A DNA stretch of 64,000 nt, taken from Heteronotia binoei. Its lineage: Eukaryota. The notes beneath the pieces were generated by a model that was given only the letters and a program-made list of their open reading frames with translations, was not told the origin of the DNA and did no database searches. The stretch is from NCBI RefSeq assembly GCF_032191835.1, contig NC_083237.1, forward strand, positions 11,408,001-11,472,000, in the 5' to 3' direction. The position numbers were made by a program, and so were the translations under genes. Positions 1-11,924 of the stretch are shown here, piece after piece (within the stretch, counting starts at the first letter, position 1; each line of letters opens with the position of its first letter).

Positions 1-790
1 CATTTCCCCACATTGTTGGTGCCAACATATACCACAACCACTGGCTTCTCCCCAGCACTATCTATCAGCCTATCTAATACACGCGTAATGTCCGCTACCT
101 TCGCACCAGGCAGGCAAGTCATCATACAGTCAGTACGCAGTTTTGTCATCCAGCTGTCTACTTGCCTAAGGATTGAATCACCAACTACCAGGACCCCCCT
201 CTCTCCCTGCCCAGGGATGGTTCCTTGGCATGAAAGGATTCCCGCTCACCAACCGAAAAAGAGGTCCCTTCTGAGGGTGCATCCCCTTATTTTCATCCCA
301 GTGCCCTGTTCCCTCTCGATCCTCATGCTCCCTGGCAACAATGGGACTGCCACGTTCAGAGCGGGGCTCATCTAACACGTCCCCAAGAGTCTTCTCTGAG
401 TGCCTAACTGACCATCTCTGCTTCTCCAGGTCAGTCACCGCAGCCTCAAGGGTACGAACTCGTTCCCTGAGGTCCAGGAGCTCCTTGCATTGAGCACACA
501 CTCAAGACTTCTGTCCTGTGGGCAGATAGTCATACATGTGACACAGTGCAAAACACTGGAAAGCCCCCACCCCCCTGCTGGCATTCTACCATCATGATAG
601 CTTTTTAAAAATATATAGTCCCCTTTTAAACCCTGTTTGTTTATGTGGCTCCCCACCTGGAGAGTCTACTTACCTTATTGGGGACACAAGGAATCTGGGT
701 TCCTGGTCCTTACACAGCCACCAGGCTAAGAGCCCTTTAGCTCTTGCTTTTCGGCTCGCGCCAAAGGCTCACACCTCTGGCAATGCACAG
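1..790 (-). mobile_element. CR1 LINE 5' region with ORF1 (Cys-rich/coiled-coil part plus SGNH esterase domain); runs off the window start
   Basis: Minus ORF 178-501 CAQCKELLDLRERVRTLEAAVTDLE. Minus translation of 1-195 gives VLVVGDSILRQVDSWMTKLRTDCMMTCLPGAKVADITRVLDRLIDSAGEKPVVVVYVGTNNVGK, the CR1 ORF1 GDS/esterase signature. The 5' boundary is approximate. Confidence 0.85.
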
Positions 791-1444
791 CTTAATAATG
801 CAAAGAGGGAGGGGAACAGAGCCACTCCTAATCAATCAGCAACAATCACCTTCAGCCCTTCATATGAACTCAGAAGTTTTCAGCAACTCCCCCAGCAACT
901 AAGCCACAAACCTCACGCTTGTAGCACTTCTCTGCTCTATCAGAGCTTTAATGGGCCTAGACTTAATTGATTATAGATATCACAATGATATGATGATCAT
1001 AATTGCTTATGTCTTTCTGCATACCTCAACTGTAAAGTCTAACGTTCTCTTCCTAAATTTCTTTAGACATGGCCCCTTTCTCTGTGTAGCGATTACTGCA
1101 AACCTGGCTATCGTAAGAAAAAGAGGGAAGGGCAGCCATTTTGCTGCTATGATTGTGTTCCATGCCCAGGAGGGAAGATTTCAATCCAAACAAGTACGTG
1201 ATTTGACTGTCAAATTTTGATGCAATTGAAATTTTGATGCAATTGATTTCCGCCTCTCTTGGTTTTCGAAAATTCATCCATTAGGCAGTCTAAAGTAATT
1301 TCAGATCCAAAACCTTTTCCGAAATAGTTAGAAAAGGATCTAAAGAATGCATTGTGATCAAGGAGGCTGCCTATGTAAAGCCAACATTCCCTTGACTAAT
1401 TCTTATAGAATATTGAACAAATCACTTAGGACCAAAAAGCACAT

Positions 1445-1665
1445 GGGGAGGGATGGTGGCTCAGTGGTAGAGCATCTGCTTGGTAAGCAGAAGGTCCCAG
1501 GTTCAATCCCTGGCATCTCCAAAAAAGGATCCAGGCAAATAGGTGTGAAAAACCTCAGCTTGAGACCCTGGAGAGCCGTGGAAAGTCTGAGTAGACAACA
1601 CTGACTTTGATGGACCAAGGGTCTGATTCAGTATAAGGCAGCTTCATATGTCCGTATGTCCATAT
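1445..1665 (+). mobile_element. tRNA-derived SINE, family A (Squam2-like, name tentative)
   Basis: A box tggctcagtggtagag, B box ggttcaatccc, tail cagtataaggcagcttcatatgtc; several further copies in the window. Confidence 0.85.
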
Positions 1666-2415
1666 TGCAAGACTGTCTCCCCCACCCTCCCAAGATGATT
1701 GCTCCTTCTATGGATATTTTAACAACTTTATGGGTAATCCCATATGACTCAGTAATCCTGTATGATTGCATATATCATGCAGAACTTTAACTGTGAAAAA
1801 ATGATACTGCAAACTGCCTTTCAAACAAGTCACACAGTGAGCCTCAGAAGTGTCAGAGTCAGCATCATCCAGGGTTTACACAAAACCTTTATTTAAAAAA
1901 AAATCTGAGTAGTGGTTTTTAAAAAGTTCATGTTCTGCATTACAATAAGTGTTACAGAATGGTCAAGAAACTGAGCTCCTTTCATCTGGAGTTTCACAAG
2001 TTTCCTTTACTTCCATTTTTAAAAACTTCAAATTCGACATTGCTGCATTTTCTGAAGAAACTATAAGGCAGGTCAAGCTTTGTATGAAGGAAGGGTCAAT
2101 TGAAGAGTGGTCATTTCAAAAACCAGGGCTAAATCTTAGTAATAAAGACATAGGGGAATGAAGGAGGGACGGGGGTGAGTCTATCTCACTCAGTATTATA
2201 CCTGGGGAGCATACTTGTGTTGCAGTGTTCACTTTGGCACAACTTGGAGGCTGGTATTAGAAAACCAGATCTTATTGTATCTGTATAAAGATCAAATAGC
2301 TAAAAATCAATGTAGAAAAACAATGACAACAACTATAATATATGACCACAGCATGATTTAGAATACCATCTGAGTTTTTAGAATACCAGCATTTCAAATC
2401 CAATAATGAGTTGAA

Positions 2416-2708
2416 AAAGGAAAGGTCCCCTGTGCAAGCACCAGTCGTTTCTGACTGGGGTGACGTTGCGTTCACAACATTTTCATGGCAGACTTTTTAT
2501 GGGGTGGTTTGCCATTGCCTTCCCCAGTCTTTCAAACTCCCCCCCCCCCCAGCAAGCTGGGTACTTATTTTACCGACCTCGGAAGGAAGGAAGGCTGAGT
2601 CAACCTTGGGCCGTCTACCTGAACCAGTTTTCGATATGATAGATCTCAGGTCGTGTGCAGAGAGTTCAGATCACAGTACCGCAGTATTGCTGCTTTACCA
2701 CTCTGTGT
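2416..2708 (+). mobile_element. Sauria SINE (Squam1)
   Basis: Head aaaggaaaggtcccctgtgcaagcaccagtc, body gtggtttgccattgccttcccc and caagctgggtacttattttaccgacctcggaagg. Confidence 0.85.
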
Positions 2709-2777
2709 TGATATGTCCCTAAAGCTCCCATGTAGCATTTCATACAATGGCCCCTGATAATCTTTTTTTCCCCCCAG

Positions 2778-3679
2778 ACATGGACAATTGCATGAAATGC
2801 CACAGTGATCAATATCCAAGCAAAAACAAAGACAGATGCATCGCCAAGACATTAAGCTTCTTGTCTTTTGAAGAACCTTTAGGAATTAGTTTGGCTTCCA
2901 TAGCTGTCTGTTTTTCCCTCATCACAGCCACAGTGCTAGGAATCTTCATTAAGCACAAAGACACCCCCATCGTCAAAGCCAACAACCGAGAGATCACCTA
3001 CGTACTTCTCATCGCTCTCCTGCTCTGCTCACTTTCTTCTCTTCTATTCCTTGGCCGACCAAGGAAGGTGACCTGCTTTCTCCGACAGTCTGCTTTCGGC
3101 ATCATCTTCTCAGTGGCTGTTTCCTGTGTTTTGGCCAAAACCATTACTGTGGTTGTAGCTTTCATGGCCACCAAACCAGGGTCCAGCATGCGGAAGTGGG
3201 TGGGGAAATGGCTGGCTAACTCCATCATCCTTTCCTGTTCCCTTGTTCAAGCCAGCATTTCTATGGTGTGGATGGCAACCTCACCACCTTTTCCTGATTT
3301 TGACACAGAGTCTCTGACAAAAAGTATCATACTAGAATGTAACGAGGGGTCTGTCACTATGTTTTATATTGTCTTGGGCTACATGGGGCTTCTATCCCTC
3401 ATCAGCTTGATCGTGGCTTTTCTAGCCAGGAAGTTGCCGGACAGTTTTAATGAAGCCAAGTTCATCACTTTCAGCATGTTGATCTTTTGTAGTGTTTGGG
3501 TCTCTTTTGTTCCAACCTATCTGAGCAGCAAAGGGAAATCCATGACAGCCGTGGAGATCTTTTCTATTTTGGTGTCTAGTGCTGGGTTACTAGGCTGTAT
3601 CTTTTCCCCCAAATGCTATATCATTGTATTGAGATCTGAGCTGAACAGGAAAGAGGCACTAATAAGGAGAAAAAAATAA
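2778..3679 (+). CDS. Type-2 vomeronasal receptor (V2R, class C GPCR) terminal exon: end of Cys-rich domain plus 7TM; upstream exons not seen in the window
   Basis: Polypyrimidine tract plus AG acceptor at 2776-2777 (ttttttcccccag|AC, phase 1). Open frame [56 protein letters not shown]; TAA at 3677-3679. Confidence 0.95.
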
Positions 3680-4212
3680 CNNNNNNNNNNNNNNNNNNNN
3701 NNNNNNNNNNNNNNNNNNNNNNNNNNNNNNNNNNNNNNNNNNNNNNNNNNNNNNNNNNNNNNNNNNNNNNNNNNNNNNNNNNNNNNNNNNNNNNNNNNNN
3801 NNNNNNNNNNNNNNNNNNNNNNNNNNNNNNNNNNNNNNNNNNNNNNNNNNNNNNNNNNNNNNNNNNNNNNNNNNNNNNNNNNNNNNNNNNNNNNNNNNNN
3901 NNNNNNNNNNCACCAGCAAGAGGGCACACTTATAAAAAATAGGAAAGGTAGTGAAGTTTTAAGAAGGGGATTTTTTGCTTTACATTGTCTGATTGATTGA
4001 TTAAGATTTATTTCCCAACCTACCCCGCAAATAGACTCAGTATGCCTTCTGTTATATCAAACAATTAACCAGTCCATAAAACATTGAATCTACAAAACAT
4101 TTTTTTCCAAGGAAGAATTTCAATGACTCATTTAAAATACCTAACTGGCAGTTCAGCAGTCAGTTACATTTCAGTGCTCAGTAAGTCCATGCCAGAAAAA
4201 GGTGGTGGATCA

Positions 4213-4588
4213 TGTTAGTAACTGTGTAGCTTAGAAGTTACTGCATCTTAGATCATCTACTGTCATCTACTGTCAAAGTGATGAGGTCATGTGACTGTGA
4301 TCACAGGACAGGCTGATGCAATGCCCGGTAATTGCCTGTAGTCACAGTGAGTCAGCATATTTGCTGATTGGTGGGCTGAGCTATAAAAGTGCTAACTAGC
4401 AAGGTTACATTCTCTCTCTGTATTGATGATTGTCTGGCGTAGCACTTTGGAGCTCTGGATTGTAATTATACTGCACTTATCTGTAAATATTTGTAAATAC
4501 ACTGATAGTTTTAGTAGAACCAGTGTGAAGTCTCTTCTTATCTGCGTTACCATTTTTATCAGCCTAATAGTACGCTGCTCTGCTAACA
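4213..4588 (+). mobile_element. Probable solo LTR
   Basis: Termini TGTTAG...CTAACA; internal tgagtca (AP-1-like), tgattgg (CCAAT) and ctataaaag (TATA) in U3 order. No matching TSD found. Confidence 0.45.
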
Positions 4589-5376
4589 CGCACTGTCCGT
4601 CAGATCATTCCGATTTAATAACTCAGCTATTACTAGAGACAATAAATGTGAATGATCCATAGAGTAATTGAAGCTGTTGAAGCAATTGACACTGGGGGAG
4701 GGGGCATATTCTTTCATGTCTGCTGCCTCAACCTGAATGTCTGGTGAAACAACTCAATTTTATAGACCTTCCGGATCTCATTTGGGAGCATGGTCCACCA
4801 GGCCAAGCCAGGGTACTAACCAGTGAAAAGAACAGAAGGGGGGATTTGTCTCAGGAGCCAGACAGGTTATTGTTTCTTGAATTGTACTGTAGAATGTCTG
4901 AAATTAGTTTTAAGCATTTCACAAGTTTGGGGGACGCCAGTAAGACTCCACAGAAGAACTTGGGTTGGGAGAAATAGCTAGGTTTTTGTTCAAACTATTT
5001 GATATTCTTTTCTCCTGGTGAGCATCTCAGGATCAGTCAAGAAATATGCTGCCCTGGATAAGAACATAAGAGAAGTCCCTTTGGATCAGGCCAATGGCCC
5101 ATCCAGTCCAACACTCTGTGTCACACAGTGGCCAAAAATCCCCAAGTGCCATCAGGAGGTCCGGCAGTGGGGCCAGGAGTACTAGAAGCCCTCCCACTAT
5201 GCCCTCCCCCAGTACCAAGAATTATACAGCATCATTGCCCCAGACAGACCTTTCCAAGGATAAGCTGTTTCTAATAGCCACTGAGGGACCTCTGCTCCAT
5301 ATGCGTATCTAATCTCCTCTTGAAGCTGATTGTGCTTGTAGCCACCACCACCTCCCATGGCAGTGAATTCCATGTG

Positions 5377-5655
5377 TTTTTTTAAGCATGGAGGCACACC
5401 ATCCACCAGGCTGTCTCTTCTTTTGAGAAAGCACGCATAGCTGGTCTTGAGGACAAAAGGAGATTGAGGAAGAATCGCACTGCTATAGCACCAACCCTAA
5501 ATCAGACTCTTCCCTGCAGCCACTGTGGCCGGACCTGCCTGTCCCGCATTGGTCTTGTCAGCCACCAGCGAGCCTGCAGCAGACGTGGACTATTGCACCC
5601 TTCTTAAATCTTCGTTCGCGAAGCCAAGCCGAGAGAGAGAGAGAGAGGGTTTATT
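5377..5655 (+). mobile_element. RTE-clade LINE 3' fragment with C-terminal C2H2-type finger
   Basis: 5386-5607 translates AWRHTIHQAVSSFEKARIAGLEDKRRLRKNR..CSHCGRTCLSRIGLVSHQRAC..*; (GA)n tail; flanking duplication aattccatgtg (5366-5376) / aattctatgtg (5656-5666). Confidence 0.8.
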
Positions 5656-5899
5656 AATTCTATGTGTTAATCACCCTTTGAGTGAAGAAGTACTTTCTTT
5701 TATCTGTTTTAACCTGACTGCTCAGCAATTTCATTAAATGTCCACAAGTTCTCGTATTGTGAAAAAGGGAGAACAGTACTTCTTTCTCTCCCTTCTCTAT
5801 CCCATGCACAATCTTGTAAACCTCTATCATGTCACCCCTCAGTCGACAATTCTCCAAGCTGAAGAGCCCCAAGCATTTTAGCTTTTCTTCATAGAAACG

Positions 5900-6325
5900 T
5901 CTCTCCTCACACGTTCCCCAGAGAGCACTGAGGTCAGAAACACAAAATCTCCTCACTATTCCCGGGCCAAAAGAAGCCCGTTTGAAAGCCACCAGAGAAA
6001 GGGCTTTCTCCGTTATGGCCCCCGTATGGTGGAATCAGCTGCCGGAAGAGGTGAGGGCCCTGCAGGACTTGGCGCAGTTCCACAGGGCCTGTAAGACGGC
6101 CCTCTTCCGGCTAGCCTACACTTAGCTGGGACGACAACTCGATGTAACTGGCCAGCCATCTGTTTACAGGAAATTGAAATTTTGTTTTTAAGGTTTTAAC
6201 TGTTTAAATATTTAACTGTTTTATACTTGAAATTGTTTAAATTTTATTTTTGATTAATTGTTGGAAGCCGCCCTGAGCCATTCGTGGGAAGGGCGGGATA
6301 TAAATTTCGAATAAATAAAAAAAAT
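5900..6325 (+). mobile_element. L2 LINE 3' fragment nested in CR1
   Basis: Encodes PHVPQRALRS..RAFSVMAPVWWNQLPEEVRAL; 3' end agccgccctgag..gggcgggatataaat plus (taaa)n. Confidence 0.88.
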
Positions 6326-6936
6326 AGGGAAATTAATCATTCTAGTTGCCCTTTTCTGCACTTTTTCCAATGCTATAATATCTTTTTTTTTGCGATGCGG
6401 TGACCATAATTGTAAATAGTATTCCAAATGAGACCGCACCATCGATTTATACAGGGGCACTATGATACTGGCTGATTTGTTTTCAATTCCCTTCCTAATA
6501 ATTCCCAGCATGGTGTTGGCCTTTTTTATTGCAATTACACAGTCTCTACATTTTCAGTGAGTTATCTTCCATGTGTTTTGCTTCCTTTTCTGCTTTCAAC
6601 TAGGTCCACCCTGTTCTACAGGGTAAAAATTGGACGGGTAAATCCCAATGCAGCTGAAGGAGAAAAATTCATCATTCATGAGAATATGATTGTATGGCAA
6701 ACAATTTTTAATGAGGTATATATTTCTGTTTTCTAAGGTCCTTCTCCACTCTCTGGGTTGTTAACTGAGGGCCCCTGGCTTTTCCCCCTTGCCATTTAAG
6801 TTAATAAACTTATGTATTTAGGATACATATGGAAAGCAACTGAGAATCCTTCTCATAGAGCAGATTATTGGGGTGTGGGGAGTTCAGGCAAAGAATGAAT
6901 TATGCCATGAATCTTTCAAGCATAGATTCACTTTGG

Positions 6937-7407
6937 CAGGAGTTGTTTTGTAGAAAAATAGGTGGTGGAGCTCATTAGCATAATTCATTAACATATGCCA
7001 CCCTCTCCCCCTCACCAGCCAACAGCAACCCAACGCAAGAACGGAGAGGCCCAGGTGAGGGAGGCCTGCTTGGGCTGGCTAGAAATCCAGCCAGCCCAAG
7101 CAGGCCTCGCTCACCTGGGGTTCTCCTTGGCTGCCCCCCAGTCAAAAGGTCATCAAGCCACCTGCTCCCCAAAATCACATAAGAAGTGGAGAAAGGGTGG
7201 TGTGGGCTTCTCCAGGGGTTAATGAAGGCTCCTGGGGATGTGGCAAAGCCCCTGGTGCCTGGCTTGTTGCCCACTCTCCTAATCCAGGGATTGTTATGCA
7301 GCTGCACCTACTATTCAATAGACAGGGTAGGCGGGGAGGAAGAGGGGGAACTGTCAAAAAGGTTCAGGGGCTGCAGTCCTGTGAGCTCCTGCTGAAGCTG
7401 AGGTCTG
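6937..7407. mobile_element. Non-autonomous DNA transposon (cagg-ended family, hAT-like)
   Basis: Homologous to 34136-35415 and 41700-41910 (ttttgtagaaaaataggtggtggagctc ... gagctcctgctgaa); TSD not evident. Confidence 0.6.
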
Positions 7408-7600
7408 CACTTTGGTAGGTAGAAAGGCTAGGTGTGAATTACTTCACAACCCTACAAAGTCACCATTTGTCACACTGAACTGGATGCCCCTATCTTTAGA
7501 TCCTTCTTACCATTCCATTAAAACCTCGCCCTTTAATTAAAGTCCCTTTTTAGCTTTTTTTTTTTTTTAAGTATTTAGCTTTTCAGAGAGGTGGCTTAGA

Positions 7601-8130
7601 ACATAAGAACATAAGAGGAGCCATGTTGGATCAGGCCAATGGCCCATCCAGTCCAACACTCTGTGTCACATAAGAGAAGCCATGTTGGATCAGGCCAGTG
7701 GCCCATCCAGTCCAACACTCTGAGTCACATAAGAACATAAGAGAAGCCATGTTGGATCAGGCCAATGGCCCATCCAGTCCAACACTCTGAGTCACATAAG
7801 GACATAAGAGAAGCCATGTTGGATCAGGCCAATGGCCCATCCAGTCTAACACTCTGAATCACACAGTGGCTAAAACACACACACACACACAGACTGTGGC
7901 TAATAGCCACTGATGGACCTCTGCTCCATATTTTTATCCAAACCCCTCTTCGAGTTGGCTATGCTTGTAGCCGCCGCCACCTCCTGTGGCAGTGAATTCC
8001 ACATGTTAATGGGTGAAGAAGGACTTCCTTTTATCCATTCTAACCTGACTGCTCAGTGATTTCATTGAATGCCCATGAGTTCTCATATTGTGAGAAAGGG
8101 AGAAAAGGACTTCTTGCTCTACTTTCTCCA
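7601..8130 (-). mobile_element. CR1 3' end with four tandem copies of the terminal 59-67 bp
   Basis: Four units ataaga..gccatgttggatcaggcc..ccagtccaacactctg in 7601-7866, then CR1 3' UTR/RT end. Confidence 0.9.
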
Positions 8131-8324
8131 GCCCACGCTTGTTTTGCCTGCCTCTGTATCCTGACCCTGGCATCCCTTGGAGGTGTCCCTTCCAAGCACT
8201 TGCCTGCATCAGCCCTCCTTAGTTTTCAAGATCTGATAAGATCATATCACTTTCCTGGGTGAAATTTGATTAAGTGTGGATAGTACTTGACCTATCTATC
8301 AACAGTAGGGATTTGTCATCTCTC

Positions 8325-8626
8325 ACAATGATGATGATGACGACGACGACGACAACGACAACAACAATTATATTGGATTTATATCCCACCCTCCATTCTG
8401 AATCTTAGAGTGTAAGAGTGGTTCAGACACTCTGACCCACCAGAGAGGTGGGTGGAGCTGAGAGAGCTCTCACAAGAAGCTTCCCTTCCAAGGATCACTC
8501 CGCAAAAGCTATGGTTGACCCAAGGCCATTCCAGCAGCTGCAAGCGGAAGAGTGGGGAATTAAATCCAGTTCTCCCAGAAAATCATCCCAGATAAGAATC
8601 CACACACTTAACCACTATACCAAACT
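8325..8626 (-). mobile_element. tRNA-derived SINE, family B (Squam3-like)
   Basis: Reverse complement of the family B head (accactataccaaact) and L2-like 3' end ggatttatatcccaccctcc. Confidence 0.8.
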
Positions 8627-9087
8627 TTGTGTGAACCCTTGTGTTATCAGGGGAATAATTTAGGCTGAATGATCATACCCAGCCCTGTTGGCAGGACCAC
8701 CATGTATCACATTTCAAAATACATAATTTGTGAAGAGTTTCTTTCAGCTCCAAAACTGTTCAAGCTTTTTAAGTGTTAGCCCCGCAATGGTGTTAATGTT
8801 AAACTCCTCTATACTCTTTTTTTTTTTTTTTTTTTTAGATCGGCTAAGTACTATCCTGTGCAGCAGATTTTTGAGAAAGGAGAATAAAGCTACTTGGGGG
8901 GGGGGGGGGCTATCTGTTTCGTTAAGGACTTTCTCTTAAGCTTTTTAACTGGTTTTATGGAAAAGTAACATTTCAATAATTTATAGAATTGGGAGCATGA
9001 CTTTGTTTGTTATTTATCTGAAACACCATAGCATAGAGATGAATCAATTTTTTATGCTTTAGCAATAGATAGGAGTGCCAGATAGAA

Positions 9088-9403
9088 GAGCCAGTTTGGT
9101 GTAGTGGTTAAGTGTGTGGACTCTTATCTGGGAGAACCAGGTTTGATTCCCCACTCCTCCACTTGCACCTGCTAGCATGGCCTTGGGTCAGCCATAGCTC
9201 TGGCATGGCCTTGGGTTAGCCATAGCTCTGGCAGAGGTTGTCCTTGAAAGGACAGCTGCTGTGAGAGCCCTCTCCAGCCCCACCCACCTCACAGGGTGTC
9301 TGTTGTGGGGGAGGAAGGTAAAGGAGATTGTGAGCCGCTCTGAGACTCTTCGGAGTGGAGGGCGGGATATAAATCCAACATCATCTTCATCATCTTCTTC
9401 TTC
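9088..9403 (+). mobile_element. tRNA-derived SINE, family B (Squam3-like), with short internal duplication
   Basis: gagccagtttggtgtagtggttaag head, B box ggtttgattccc, end gggcgggatataaatcc plus (ctt)n; ggccttgggt.agccatagctctggc occurs twice. Confidence 0.88.
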
Positions 9404-10215
9404 TAGATCTGATGATTAAAAAACTGTTAAAAAATTGCTGAGTTTTGTGTATGTCTGCAATGTGCGCGCCCACTCGCATGCAGAAGTCACCCCAGTAAAT
9501 ATCAGCTTAAGAATATGCAGTGCCCCTTTACCTCCTGACTTCTCCTCCCTTAAGAAAAAAATGAAAATTAAAAATTGTTGAGGAAAGATTTACACAGTAG
9601 AATAATTCCCTAAACCTAGAAATTGGACCCCTGGGGATCTATAACAGGCAGATCAGTATATATACATTCTGATTCTGTACTGATTCAGAGAGAAGATATT
9701 TGGGTAGATGTACAAATGACTACCTGAAACCATTTACATGGGATGCAGCCACAATATTTAAGATGCTGAATGATTTCCAAGGTGAGTGTCAAGCTGTTCT
9801 AGTTTAGAGGAACCTTTTGGTTCCAGTGGAACTGGTTTGAGTCAATGTTCAGCTTAATCTACCATGAAGAACAGCTAGTTTCTTGTCCAGTAGCACCTTT
9901 GAGATCAACAAATGTATACCTTGAAAATTTTGTTCAACTCCAAAGAGCTACTGGACTTGAATCTATCTGTTCCACAGCAGACCAAAATGGCTACCCTCTG
10001 AAATGACCTACCATGGAGAAGGATGAAGGACTGACCCAGACTGACTCCAAAAAATCAGAAGACCAAAAGAAATAGAAAGTTTGATATTGTTCGATGGCAA
10101 GAAGAAGAAGCTTTTCCAAACATTAAACTGACTGGAAAACAGTGTTGGAGAGAGTCTGGTGTCATTTTTAGGACTATGTAGCTCTGTAGTTAAAAATAGA
10201 TCTATCTACATGAAG

Positions 10216-10430
10216 ATATGAGCATATGAAGCTGCCTTATACTGAATCAGACTCCCGGTCCATCAAAGTCAGTATTGTCTACTCAGACTGGCAGCGGCTC
10301 TCCAGGGTCTCAAGCTGAGGTTTTTCATGCCTACTTGCCTGGACCCTTTTTAGTTGGAGATGCTGCGGATTGAACCTGGGACCTTCTGCTTATCAAACAT
10401 ATGCTCTACCACTGAACCACAGTTCATCCC
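10216..10430 (-). mobile_element. tRNA-derived SINE, family A
   Basis: Reverse complement of the 1445-1665 family. Confidence 0.85.
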
Positions 10431-10567
10431 TAAGATACCAGATGAAATCACATATTTCTCAAGAGCCCAGGGTTTTTTTTTATTTCAGAACAACTTGTCC
10501 AAATATTTTACACAAGTGGAAATGTCGGAATTTTAAGTAAGGTCAGCAACATCCTTTTCACTTAACA

Positions 10568-10843
10568 GGGCCAGTTTGGTGTAGCAGTTAAGTGTGCTGA
10601 TTCTTATCTGGGAGAACTGTGTTTGATTCCCCACTCCTTTACATGCAACTGCTGGAGTGACCTTGGGTCAGTCATAACCCTGTCAGAGCTGTTCTCTCAA
10701 GAGCAGTTCTCTCAGAGCTATCTCAGCCCCGCAGGATGTCTGTTGTGGGGAAGGGAAGAGAAAGGAGATTGTAAGCCGCTCTGAGACTCCTTCAGGTAGT
10801 GAAGGGTGGGGTATCATTCCAATCTCCTCTTCTCTCTCTTCTT
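10568..10843 (+). mobile_element. tRNA-derived SINE, family B
   Basis: ccagtttggtgtagcagttaag head and gtaagccgctctgag..gaagggtggggtat end. Confidence 0.8.
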
Positions 10844-11169
10844 ATGCAGCACTGACTCCTCAGTTGCAGAGTATGTTTCCTGACTGTAGAAAGACTCAAG
10901 CTCCACTCCTGGCATCTCCGATTAAAGGATCTTGCAGGACTGGGGGGAAATCAAACACTTGGAAGGTAGCAAAAAAATGGATTGATGGTCTGACTTATTG
11001 TCAGGAACCAAGTTACTGAGCTTAGCTCTTGTCCACCATTTCACATGCTACTGCATGAGTGGTCGTGGGGCCCATAAGGTTGTAGCTGCCTGCAATAGCT
11101 TATGATGAGTGGGAGAGAGAGAGAGAGTGGGAAGTGATGGCGGTGGTAAGAATAATTTTAAGATTCTCA

Positions 11170-11525
11170 TCCTCGCTGTTTTAGACCTAGAAAATCCCCA
11201 TTTTTTTTTTTTTTTGCTTTGATTCAGTTGTGGTACCTGCAGCCATAGGATGTTGGTACTGGCTGCCAACTTGGAGATTGTAAAAGGGGAGTGGGCATAT
11301 TCATGGAACACAGGTCTATCAGTGGCTACTAGACATAATGGATATCTATTCCCTCCAATACCAGAGGCTGCATGCCTCTATGTACTGGTTGCTCAGGAGC
11401 ACGACTGGGATAACACTGTTGCAGTCACCCTGCATGCAGGCTTCCGACAAGCAGCTGTTTGGCCACTGTGTGAACAAAATACTGGACCTGATGGGCCTTT
11501 TGTCAGATTCAGTGTAGGACTTCTC
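11170..11525 (+). mobile_element. Old CR1 3' end
   Basis: catggaacacaggtctatcagtggctactag and ctggacctgatgggccttttgtcagattcag resemble the CR1 ORF2 end and 3' stem-loop. Confidence 0.6.
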
Positions 11526-11924
11526 AGGGCCATAGCTTGCAGGGGGAGCACTGGGGGTGGTGCCCCCTATAGAATCTGAAGCATCCCACTCAATCTTCCC
11601 CAGTCTTCCATGGCTCTCCTTCACCCTCTCCTCACTAGACTTTGATCTTGGTTCAGCTCTGTCCCTGAACTTACATTCCACACTACACTCAAATTCACCC
11701 TGTTTTTGCCTCTCTTTTTTTCTCCCATTTCCAGATTACATTAAGTTCACCCCTGGTTTTATCTCAGGTGCTCTTTGTTGTTGGGTTTTGTTTTTTTTCA
11801 TTTCCACATTACACTGAATTCACCCCAGTTTCATTCCACAATTGTCCTGGAACATATGGATGCTGTTTTGTCCAGGATTTTCCTGGGACATACAACATCT
11901 GGATCAAGGCGGCTCGGCAGTACT

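Larger units (their letters stand above)
5058..6573 (-). mobile_element. CR1 LINE 3' fragment (RT C-terminus plus 3' UTR) interrupted by RTE and L2 insertions
   Basis: Tail (ataagaac)n at 5058; minus ORFs LGLFSLENCRLRGDMIEVYKI and MLGIIRKGIENKSASIIVPLYKSMVRSHLEY. Confidence 0.92.

Noticed and set aside
1445-1530. tRNA gene (also the other SINE heads)
   Set aside because: A and B boxes are present, but each copy continues into a shared SINE body and tail and lacks a complete cloverleaf.
2747-2777. ATG start of the 310-aa V2R ORF
   Set aside because: It lies in the polypyrimidine tract upstream of a clear AG acceptor; V2R 7TM regions are terminal exons, so the first residues are intronic.
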